From: Pseudomonadota bacterium
Lineage (GTDB): Bacteria; Bdellovibrionota_B; Oligoflexia; Silvanigrellales; Silvanigrellaceae
Assembly (NCBI GenBank): GCA_039799905.1
Contig: JBDLRP010000024.1
Location: 15,064-79,063, forward strand
Length of the DNA stretch: 64,000 nucleotides
Direction of reading: 5' to 3'
The position numbers and the translations under genes were made by a program. Every line of letters starts with the position of its first letter. Within the stretch, counting starts at the first letter, position 1. Shown piece by piece: positions 40,647 to 48,804 of this stretch. A model generated the notes under the pieces. That model searched no databases, was not told where the DNA came from, and saw nothing but the letters and a program-made list of their open reading frames with translations.

Positions 40647-41936
40647 ATGGTGACGAATCGCGACAGGTCTGCCGAGCTGATGGCGCGCAGCCGGAAAATT
40701 TTTCCCGGCGGAGTGAATTCACCCGTTCGTTCCTTCCGCAGCGTCGGAGGAGATCCGGTGGTTTTTTCGCACGGTCAGGGCAAACATCTAACCGACGTCG
40801 ACGGCAATACCTACATCGACTTCTGCGGTTCGTGGGGGCCGCTGATTCTGGGTTATTCGCATCCGAAAGTGATTGAGGCGGTGCAAAAACAATCTGCACG
40901 CGCATTGACCTTCGGAGCGCCCAGCGCAGAGGAAGTATTGCTCGCCGAGAAAATTCAGAGTTGGATGCCCGGCCTCGAGATGATGCGTTTTGTGAGCAGC
41001 GGCACGGAAGCAACGATGAGTGCGATTCGCGTCGCACGGGCTGCAACTGGACGAAACAAGTTCGTCAAATTTGAAGGTTGTTATCATGGCCATGCCGACT
41101 GTCTGCTGGTGAAGGCCGGTAGTGGTTTGGCCACACTCGGGCAGGCGAGTTCGGCGGGTGTGCCGGAAGGGTGCGTGCAGGATACCATCACCGGAGTTTA
41201 CAATTCACACGAAGGCATTGAGCAGATTTTTGCGGAGTGGGGCCAAGATATCGCAGCGGTTATTGTAGAGCCCATGGCGGCGAACATGGGTCTTGTTCTC
41301 CCCAAAAATGACTTTCTCGGCACTCTCCGCAAGCTTTGCAGCAAACATGGCAGCGTCCTGATCTTTGATGAAGTTATGACGGGTTTCCGTGTCGCGCGCG
41401 GCGGATCCGCGGAGGCATTCAACGTTCAGCCGGATCTTTGGACGTTTGGAAAAATCGTCGGCGGGGGTCTTCCCGCAGCTGCCTATGGTGGCAAAAAAAG
41501 CGTCATGGAACACGTTGCTCCGCTGGGCCGTGCTTATCAGGCCGGAACTTTGAGCGGCAATCCGCTCGCAATGGCTGCGGGCCTCGCAACGCTCACTGAG
41601 ATGGAACGGCAGAATGCATTTGCCAAACTGGAAGAATCGGGACGCGTGTTGGATGATGCCGTCAACCGACTTCTTGCGCCGGCAATGAAGTCCGGCAAGC
41701 TTGCGTATGTGCGCAAAGCATCATTTTTCTGTTTTTTCTTTGGTACTGCGCGCCCGCCCGAGAACTTCAATGAAGTGGCCGCATGCGACATGAATATGTT
41801 CAACAAAGTATATCATGAGTGGCTCAATGCCGGCATCTACATGGGGCCGAGCGGATACGAGGTCGGATTTTTGAGCACTGAACACACAGCGCAGGACATC
41901 GAGAGGTTGGTGCGTGTCGTTGCAGAGCAAGCCTGA
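40647..41936 (+). CDS. hemL: glutamate-1-semialdehyde 2,1-aminomutase
   Basis: PGGVNSPVR, SWGPLILG, SGTEATMSA, FEGCYHGH, FDEVMTGFR, FGKIVGGG, YQAGTLSGNP. Confidence 0.97.
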   Translation: MVTNRDRSAELMARSRKIFPGGVNSPVRSFRSVGGDPVVFSHGQGKHLTDVDGNTYIDFCGSWGPLILGYSHPKVIEAVQKQSARALTFGAPSAEEVLLAEKIQSWMPGLEMMRFVSSGTEATMSAIRVARAATGRNKFVKFEGCYHGHADCLLVKAGSGLATLGQASSAGVPEGCVQDTITGVYNSHEGIEQIFAEWGQDIAAVIVEPMAANMGLVLPKNDFLGTLRKLCSKHGSVLIFDEVMTGFRVARGGSAEAFNVQPDLWTFGKIVGGGLPAAAYGGKKSVMEHVAPLGRAYQAGTLSGNPLAMAAGLATLTEMERQNAFAKLEESGRVLDDAVNRLLAPAMKSGKLAYVRKASFFCFFFGTARPPENFNEVAACDMNMFNKVYHEWLNAGIYMGPSGYEVGFLSTEHTAQDIERLVRVVAEQA

Positions 41937-42513
41937 AAATTTGGAAAATTCTATTGCCGGCCTGCTGAAGATCCGCACGGTTGTGCAACGCGGTGTCAAC
42001 GCGGAAGTCTGCATCGACGGAGTTTCGCGCGGACTGTTGCAGTCGGGGTTGGTTTTGCTGGTCGGCTTTTCTCAAGAGGGTGACGCTCTGCCGCCAGAAA
42101 CCGCCGAGAGGGTCGAGTCGGCCACAGCCAAGGAGCGTGCTGAATTATTGCAGCCGCTGTTCCAAAAATGGTGGGACAAACTCGCGCAGCTGAGGATCTT
42201 TCCCGACGATCAGGGACGCATGAATTTTTCACTCTTGCAGCAGCCCCAGCAGTGCGGTGTGTACCTTGTCAGTCAGTTCACTTTGTTTGCAGATCTGCGC
42301 AAGGGCAACCGCCCCGGATTCAGTGCGGCATTGTCTGCACCTGTCGCTAAGTATTGTTTTGCCCAGCTGATCGAATTCGTCACCGCACAAGCTGCTGGTC
42401 GTCCTGTTTTTTCGGGTGTGTTTGCCGCGGACATGAAGGTCACACTCACCAACGATGGTCCGGTGACTCTGCTGTTCGACTGCTCTTTGAACAAGGGGAT
42501 TGTGGCGTTGTGA
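41914..42513 (+). CDS. dtd: D-aminoacyl-tRNA deacylase
   Basis: RTVVQR, LRIFPDDQGRMNFS, SQFTL, KGNRPGF, NDGPVT. Exact start uncertain. Confidence 0.92.
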   Translation: MSLQSKPENLENSIAGLLKIRTVVQRGVNAEVCIDGVSRGLLQSGLVLLVGFSQEGDALPPETAERVESATAKERAELLQPLFQKWWDKLAQLRIFPDDQGRMNFSLLQQPQQCGVYLVSQFTLFADLRKGNRPGFSAALSAPVAKYCFAQLIEFVTAQAAGRPVFSGVFAADMKVTLTNDGPVTLLFDCSLNKGIVAL

Positions 42514-44018
42514 TGGCAAAATTGCCGAGAGTGGTTAAAAGCTTGTCCGGCCGCGGACTACGGTTCCTCGGCACATTGCGTCGTATGTCTGAAAATTCGC
42601 GTCTTCTGCTGCGCCTTCTGCTGCCTTTCTCGGTTCATCTGCGATTGTGGATTCTGTTCGTTCTGCTGCTTGTGCTGCAGTCAGTTCTGCTTCCGTATAT
42701 GTCGGCTTTGCTGCTGCTGAGTTTGTGTTCAGTGATCGGGTTTATGATTTTGGTCAGGCTGGTTGACCAACCTTTGCGCGCACTTCAGCAACTCACCCGT
42801 CAGGGCGGCTTCGATCTCACCGGCAGCGTGGCCCCAGTTTCAGGCCACGACGAATATTCGCGCCTTGCGCGCGCCATCCAAGGCATGGGCCGGAGGATGA
42901 ACACATCGATTCAAGAAGCGCGCGAACAGAACAGTCGCATCGACGAAATATTTAATGCCATCGGCGAGGGGGTCGTCCTGTGCACGATGGAGGGAAAGAT
43001 CCTCAAGATCAACCACACAGTGCGACGCTGGCTTGAATACTACAGCGATCCGACCGGCCGTGATTTCATCGACGTGGTCCGCAGTGTCGAACTCAACGAC
43101 AGATTTCTTGCTTTTTTGCAGCGCTGCAGGAGTGAAAAGACTCTCGGCGGTGTTGAGCCGGAAGTAGTCGAGTCCATCCATCTTGATGGTCCCGAGGCAC
43201 GCCGCGTACGTGCAAAAATGGTTCCGGTGCAATCGGGCAACCAGCATCCTGTGTGCTTCATCTTTCTTTTCGATTTGAGCGATTTGCATCGCCTTGAGCA
43301 GTTCCGCCGAGAGTTTTTTGCAAACGTCAGTCATGAACTCAAGACCCCGATCTCTTCGATTCGCGGATATGCAGAGCTGCTTCAGGATCAATTTGCGAAT
43401 TTGTCGCCCGACATGGCCCAACAATTTCTCAACGTCATCATGCGCAACTCTGAACAGGTCTCCAATCTGCTGCAGGACATGATTCTTCTGTCGAATCTTG
43501 AAAATGGACAAATTCCGCTGACGCTCCAGCCCTACGACATCCGCGCGTCACTCGCCCGTGTTCGGGAAACGCTCGCACCCAAGGCCCGTGAGGCCGGTGT
43601 CAGTGTCGTTGTCGACGTTCCTGCAAACATCTCTGAATTGTATGTCGACGGCCAGCGATTTGATTCTGTGCTTCTGAATCTCGTCGACAACGGCATTAAG
43701 TACAATCGTCGCGACGGCTACGTAAAAGTTTCTGTCCGTCAGACGGATGATGAATGGCTGATTTATGTTGAAGACTCAGGTCTGGGAATTCCACATTCGG
43801 CCCAGTTGCGTGCGTTTGAACGTTTTTATCGGGTAGACAAAAGTCATGCTCGGCTGGGTGGTGGCTCCGGCCTTGGACTGGCCATTGTCAAACATGTCAT
43901 TCAGGCGCACGGCGGACAAATCACACTGCGCAGTGAACCGGGAACAGGAACTGTGTTCACGGTTACAATTCCACGTCAACGGACACAGGGGCGCATTGCA
44001 GCTTATACCCCATTTTAA
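42513..44018 (+). CDS. phoR: PhoR-like sensor histidine kinase (TM-HAMP-PAS-HisKA-HATPase)
   Basis: RREFFANVSHELKTPISSIRGYAE, NLVDNGIKYN, FERFYRVDKSHAR..GGSGLGLAIVKH. TGATG coupling to dtd. Confidence 0.85.
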   Translation: MAKLPRVVKSLSGRGLRFLGTLRRMSENSRLLLRLLLPFSVHLRLWILFVLLLVLQSVLLPYMSALLLLSLCSVIGFMILVRLVDQPLRALQQLTRQGGFDLTGSVAPVSGHDEYSRLARAIQGMGRRMNTSIQEAREQNSRIDEIFNAIGEGVVLCTMEGKILKINHTVRRWLEYYSDPTGRDFIDVVRSVELNDRFLAFLQRCRSEKTLGGVEPEVVESIHLDGPEARRVRAKMVPVQSGNQHPVCFIFLFDLSDLHRLEQFRREFFANVSHELKTPISSIRGYAELLQDQFANLSPDMAQQFLNVIMRNSEQVSNLLQDMILLSNLENGQIPLTLQPYDIRASLARVRETLAPKAREAGVSVVVDVPANISELYVDGQRFDSVLLNLVDNGIKYNRRDGYVKVSVRQTDDEWLIYVEDSGLGIPHSAQLRAFERFYRVDKSHARLGGGSGLGLAIVKHVIQAHGGQITLRSEPGTGTVFTVTIPRQRTQGRIAAYTPF

Positions 44019-44032
44019 AATTCACATGCCGC

Positions 44033-44941
44033 TCAGTTGTTCTTCCACTCGGCCGAGGTGGCTCCCATTCCGCTCGTGTTGCACATTTGCTTGAGCGAAT
44101 CGCGCGCGGTTGTGAGTTTTTCGAGAGTCTTGTTGAGCTCATCCTGAATGGGAACGATCTCACCCTCAAGTTGTTTGATGTCTAGTTCGATTTGTTTAGA
44201 CTGATTCTGTAGGCCAGCCAGAGCCTCTTTCGCCTGTTCAATCAGCTGCAGCTTTTCGCCTGTGGCCAGCTCCTGTCCAAGCTGGAGAATATTTAGGAAT
44301 TGCTGTTGCTGCGTGATTTGCTTTTGAACACTTCGGAAAAGCTCATTCTTGCTTGAAATTGCATTATTCTTGTTGTCGATTGTCGCTTTAATATAACTTG
44401 CCTGCGCAAGTACGGGCATATCTTTCCAAAGAAGCCTCTGTTCACTCTGCAGCGAGAGCATTCCTGAACTCGCGCTCCGAGCGACGGTCACTGCGCAATG
44501 TCCGTCGCGGATAATTTCCGGAATCGCTGCGCATGGCGACGGTTTGAGTTCGAGGCCGAGTGTCTTTGGACTGAACGGATTGATCACACCTGCGGGCACT
44601 TGAGCCTGCGCGAGCGCCATGCCGTCGGTAAGGCTTTCAACATCGGCCAACGGGGCCTGCGAGCGGCTGACGAAGTCCTGACAAAAGACCGCTTCTCCTG
44701 CCACCGAGCTCAACGAGTAGCGGAACAGGGTTTCTGTGACGCCGCCCCCTGATGGAAGCTGCGGGTTCTGGCTTGCGGCTGTCGGTGTTGCCTGCGGTGC
44801 AGCTGCCGGCTGTGGGCCTTGCCCACCTCCTTTTTTCGTGCACGCAACTAAAGATAGAGCCAGTGCGAGCACAGCTCCGGAATAAAGGCTCAATGCCGGA
44901 AAAAAAGATGAAAGTAAAAAGCGCCGTCGGTTTTCCATCAT
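44033..44941 (-). CDS. putative Tat-exported lipoprotein with a Cys-containing domain and a long coiled coil
   Basis: ATG 44941 after GGAG; NRRRFLL twin-arginine motif, LVAC lipobox, heptad-rich C-terminal third. Confidence 0.75.
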   Translation of the reverse strand: MMENRRRFLLSSFFPALSLYSGAVLALALSLVACTKKGGGQGPQPAAAPQATPTAASQNPQLPSGGGVTETLFRYSLSSVAGEAVFCQDFVSRSQAPLADVESLTDGMALAQAQVPAGVINPFSPKTLGLELKPSPCAAIPEIIRDGHCAVTVARSASSGMLSLQSEQRLLWKDMPVLAQASYIKATIDNKNNAISSKNELFRSVQKQITQQQQFLNILQLGQELATGEKLQLIEQAKEALAGLQNQSKQIELDIKQLEGEIVPIQDELNKTLEKLTTARDSLKQMCNTSGMGATSAEWKNN

Positions 44942-44969
44942 AGTCGTATCTCCGCACACAGACTTTTCT

Positions 44970-45025
44970 GCTTCGGACCAGAATAAAAAAAATTGAGTCA
45001 ATTTTCGTAATGTTCTTTCCGATAC
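44970..45025. promoter_or_regulatory. divergent symmetric promoter region with a central 17-bp palindrome and sigma28-like elements on both strands
   Basis: AAAATTGA-G-TCAATTTT at 44989-45005; minus TCAA-N15-TCCGAAGC; plus TCAA-N16-TCCGATAC. Confidence 0.55.
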
Positions 45026-45062
45026 AAAAGACGATGTTGCAAAACGCAGGTGAGGGTCTCGC

Positions 45063-46223
45063 ATGTCTGCTTTTTTTGTGTGCGGTAACACGCTGATAGT
45101 AATGGCTCTGTTGGTAGGATGTGCGGATAAACAAAAAGTAGCCCCGCGCGCCGTTGAGTCGGGTAAAAATGTCGCCGCTGCGGATGGTAGGGAGCAAACA
45201 CAGGAAGCGCCGCCGCAAGAGCAGGCTCCCGAGAAGGCTTTGTGGACCGTCTCCAACACACCCATCAAACACGAGTGCCAACCGCCGGCTGAAATGGGTT
45301 TCTATCCATCAAAGGGCCTTTCGCAAGAAAACAGATATATGTTGTCTCGATTCGCTGCGATTGGCGGGCCGGCGTTTAAGTTCGAAGAAGTTTTTTTGCA
45401 GGGATTTTTCAAGACTGCGGAATTCTCGGGTCTGAAGGTCTTCGAGGACAAGGGCAAAGGCGTACAGGGATTCGTTGCGACGTCCGAGAAAGTCAATCTG
45501 GTTGTATTTCGCGGAACGCACAGCGCCGGCGGGTTGGTCACGGACATGAATTTTTTGTTGTCAAGAGCCTCGTTTGTCAACATGCAGGGCGGGGTGCACC
45601 GCGGATTCAAGGCAGCATTTGATGCGGTTAAACCTGCAATCAACGCAGCTCTCGACGTTCAAAATCGGCCCGACATTCCAACTTTCTACATCGGCCACAG
45701 TTTGGGCGGAGCACTGGCAATGCTCGCAGCAACCGATGGTCTTGCAGGAAAAGTCAAAGTTGAGGGAGTTGTCACGCTCGGCCAGCCGCGCACTGGAAAC
45801 TCAGCATTCAGCGAAAGCTTTGCCAAAGCGTTGGGTGAAAAATACTTCCGCTATGTGCATGCCAGAGATCTGGTGCCGCATCTTCCGCCGAGCACGGGTG
45901 CCGCCGACTCTGCTGCCTCGGCATTCAGTCAGAACAATTTGCTCAAATTGGCTGTTCAGGGGGCTGGACTGCTTGGCTTCAGTCATGTGGGACAACTCGT
46001 TCACCTCGACAAGACTGGTTTGTTGTTGAGTCCTCCTGCGTCAGATGCGGCTTGGGACTCGAGTTATTGGGTATCCAATGCTGAAACGGTGCGGCAAACA
46101 GTGACTTCACTACCGAGCTTGGCTGGCAGTGCTGCGTCGCTGCAGTCGCTAGCGCAAAATAACCAGATCGCAGACCACGATCTGGAAAAGTACCTCTGTC
46201 AGATACTCAAGAACTCAAAATAA
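45063..46223 (+). CDS. class 3 lipase, lipoprotein
   Basis: LVGC lipobox, VVFRGT, VHRGF, GHSLGGALA, GQPRTGN, DLVPHLPP, DH..KY. Confidence 0.92.
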   Translation: MSAFFVCGNTLIVMALLVGCADKQKVAPRAVESGKNVAAADGREQTQEAPPQEQAPEKALWTVSNTPIKHECQPPAEMGFYPSKGLSQENRYMLSRFAAIGGPAFKFEEVFLQGFFKTAEFSGLKVFEDKGKGVQGFVATSEKVNLVVFRGTHSAGGLVTDMNFLLSRASFVNMQGGVHRGFKAAFDAVKPAINAALDVQNRPDIPTFYIGHSLGGALAMLAATDGLAGKVKVEGVVTLGQPRTGNSAFSESFAKALGEKYFRYVHARDLVPHLPPSTGAADSAASAFSQNNLLKLAVQGAGLLGFSHVGQLVHLDKTGLLLSPPASDAAWDSSYWVSNAETVRQTVTSLPSLAGSAASLQSLAQNNQIADHDLEKYLCQILKNSK

Positions 46224-46278
46224 TCCTGCTGCAGGAACGTAACAGAGAGCAAACTCATTCGGAATCGCATGCGGCGCT

Positions 46279-47094
46279 TCAGGCCTTTGCGGGGCGCTGG
46301 CTTTCGGTCAGTTGATATCCAAAGCCATGTACGGTTTCGATCATTCCACCCGCGTCACCCAGTTTTTGCCTGAGACGTTTGACGTGTGTATCGACTGTGC
46401 GTGTGTTTAGCTGACCCTCGTAGCCCCAGACTCTCTGCAGCAGCGCGTCGCGGCTTTGCAGGCGTCCGGCACGCTCGGCAAGATAAAGTAACAGTTGATA
46501 TTCGGTCGCTGTCAGTGCGACGATTTCTCCGGAAACGGTGACACGGAATTGCTCGGGATAAATCGTCAGCGGGCCTATTTGGATTGTTTTCTCCAGTCCC
46601 GTTTGTTCGGGAACGGTTGTTGAAGACTGAATTTGAGCCGTAGCCGGAATTTGTGAAACAGGGTGGCTTACCGAAGTATGAAAGCCAGTTCTGCGCATCA
46701 AAGCTTGCACACGCAGGAGGAGTTCGCGGGGCGAAAAAGGTTTGGTGATGTAGTCATCCGCGCCAGCCTCGAAGCCGTCGATTTTGTCGGATTCCTGAGA
46801 TTTGGCTGTGAGCAAAATAACGGGGATTGACGCCAGTTCCGGCGTCGAACGGAGCTGACGCAGAACCTCGGTTCCCTCAGTATGGGGCAACATTACGTCG
46901 AGCAGGATGAGATGGGGCTTGAATTCAATGATTCTTGCCAAAGCATGTTCGCCGTCGAAGTGCGACGAGACTTCGTAATCTTTGCTGGACTCAAGTGTGA
47001 ACTTGAGCAGGTTGTTGAGATCCCGATCATCTTCGATGATCAAAACACGCGACTTTGGATCTTTTTGTGCGTGAATGTGGTTTGTCTCTGTCAC
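46279..47094 (-). CDS. phoB: OmpR/PhoB-family response regulator (PhoB-like)
   Basis: GTG start after AGGAGG; IEDD, LLDVMLP, GADDYITKPFSPREL, LTATEYQLL, RTVDTHVKRLRQKL. Confidence 0.85.
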   Translation of the reverse strand: MTETNHIHAQKDPKSRVLIIEDDRDLNNLLKFTLESSKDYEVSSHFDGEHALARIIEFKPHLILLDVMLPHTEGTEVLRQLRSTPELASIPVILLTAKSQESDKIDGFEAGADDYITKPFSPRELLLRVQALMRRTGFHTSVSHPVSQIPATAQIQSSTTVPEQTGLEKTIQIGPLTIYPEQFRVTVSGEIVALTATEYQLLLYLAERAGRLQSRDALLQRVWGYEGQLNTRTVDTHVKRLRQKLGDAGGMIETVHGFGYQLTESQRPAKA

Positions 47095-47155
47095 CCTATA
47101 ACCTCCTGTGGGAACATAAGGTGTCTAACAGAAACTTCTGCAATTGCGGAAGTGT

Positions 47156-47188
47156 GCAACAAAAATTCCACAGAAATGGCACAAAAAA
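47156..47188 (-). promoter_or_regulatory. three 11-bp-period direct repeats (Pho-box-like) upstream of the phoB-like gene
   Basis: Plus: GCAACAAAAAT TCCACAGAAAT GGCACAAAAAA. Minus: TTGTGCC-ATTT-CTGTGGA-ATTT-TTGTTGC. Confidence 0.55.
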
Positions 47189-47256
47189 GCCCTAATTCGA
47201 TGTGCTTTAAAGATACGCACAATGAATCAGGGCTTAGTTTGCATCAAAAAAACACT

Positions 47257-47742
47257 TCAGCCGCGTTCCGCAGCCTCTGTTCGTTGTTGTTTGATTTTTT
47301 CCTGCAATTGCATGATCCCGTCGATCACTGCTTCAGGAGTTGGCGGGCATCCCGGAACATAAACATCCACGGGTACGATGCGGTCGATGCCCTGTACGAC
47401 GTGGTAAGCGCGATAAAAACCACCCGAAGACGCGCAGGCGCCCATCGAGAGAACCCACTTGGGTTCCGACATCTGGTCGTAAATGCGGCGCAAAACCGGT
47501 GCCATTTTCTCTGTAATTGTTCCCGCAACAACGAGCAGATCGGCCTGTCGCGGGCTGAAACGGACCACTTCGGCGCCAAAACGGGAGAGGTCGTATTTCG
47601 GTCCCATGACCGACATCAACTCAATTCCGCAGCAGGCAGTCCCGAACGGATAGGGCCAAAGTGAGTTGCGACGCGCCCAGTTGACGAACTGGTCGACCTG
47701 AGTCGTTAGGTAAAATTCGCTTCCGTAGCTGTGATGCTTCAT
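47257..47742 (-). CDS. nuoB: NADH-quinone oxidoreductase subunit B
   Basis: [49 protein letters not shown]. Confidence 0.96.
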   Translation of the reverse strand: MKHHSYGSEFYLTTQVDQFVNWARRNSLWPYPFGTACCGIELMSVMGPKYDLSRFGAEVVRFSPRQADLLVVAGTITEKMAPVLRRIYDQMSEPKWVLSMGACASSGGFYRAYHVVQGIDRIVPVDVYVPGCPPTPEAVIDGIMQLQEKIKQQRTEAAERG

Positions 47743-47835
47743 TGCAAGTCTCCGTGTCTGTGCACTTGAGCGGTTCTTAACTAATCATACGAGGTTGGTG
47801 TTTGTCGATGCCCGTCCGCCGAAAACACGCAGGGT

Positions 47836-48804
47836 TCATGGGAGAAAAATTCTCAGACCAGCTTCGGCCTGCAGACCAACCTCGAGAGTATCTCCAAAAC
47901 CCAACACACACGCCGTCACAGGACCGTCCACACAAACGATGCCATGACGCATCCTGCTAATCAGCGTGACCGTCTCGCTGTTGCCGTCAAGGACAAGTTT
48001 GGTCAGCGACAGATGATGATTGGGTTGTGCATAAGGCTCGCGCACCGCCAGAAGGAACTGTTCTGCGCAGGCGTCCAGCACCCCGAGACCGTACGAGCGT
48101 ATTGCCGCGGTACTTCCCGCAGGTGTCGACAACCACAGACCGCTGGAGAGCTGCTTTTCGCTGCGTTGACGCGGACCTTCAATGGTCAGATTGTATCTAC
48201 TTGCAGATGCAGGGTGCTGGTGACCGAAGAAAATGTCATTGAGCGCGTAGGGCAGAATTATTCCTGAGTGGGTGCGTGCGGACAATCGTCTGACAGTGCG
48301 TGGTTTGCGTCTTTCAGAGAGGATGTCGGCGAGGTCGTTTTCGAGTGTGTCGGGTATGGACGAACACAGATGACCAACGGAATGCTGCGGAACGGAGTTG
48401 ACTCCAAGTATGCGCGTGTTGCCGCCGACAAAATGACTGGTGCGCAGCAGGGTTCCATCACCCCCCACGCAAATCACCAAATCTTTCTTCGCAATCAAGC
48501 CACCATCACGACCTGCGATATAGTGCGCAGGGCCTCCAGTAGGGTGCTCCGCGAGGTCATCGAGGGTGTGAAGGCTGAAAGATAAATTGCGCTGGGTCAG
48601 CAGTGTCAGCAAATGATCGAGCGTCTGACAATGTTGATCATGGGCTCGCTGGAGGGTTCCGTCGGTCTGTCCGTCGCCAAGAAAAAAGGTCTGGGCAGAT
48701 TCTGTTTTGAAGTCTGCCGCGTAGCGTTCCAGTGCCGTCTTTTTTTGTACGACGACCACATCAGGAGGAACGCTGTTTTGTCCCCATGGGACGTAGACCG
48801 TCAT
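47836..48804 (-). CDS. NAD(H) kinase
   Basis: GGDGT, LGVNS..SVGHLC, ALND, SSGLWLSTPAGSTAA. Confidence 0.9.
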   Translation of the reverse strand: MTVYVPWGQNSVPPDVVVVQKKTALERYAADFKTESAQTFFLGDGQTDGTLQRAHDQHCQTLDHLLTLLTQRNLSFSLHTLDDLAEHPTGGPAHYIAGRDGGLIAKKDLVICVGGDGTLLRTSHFVGGNTRILGVNSVPQHSVGHLCSSIPDTLENDLADILSERRKPRTVRRLSARTHSGIILPYALNDIFFGHQHPASASRYNLTIEGPRQRSEKQLSSGLWLSTPAGSTAAIRSYGLGVLDACAEQFLLAVREPYAQPNHHLSLTKLVLDGNSETVTLISRMRHGIVCVDGPVTACVLGFGDTLEVGLQAEAGLRIFLP

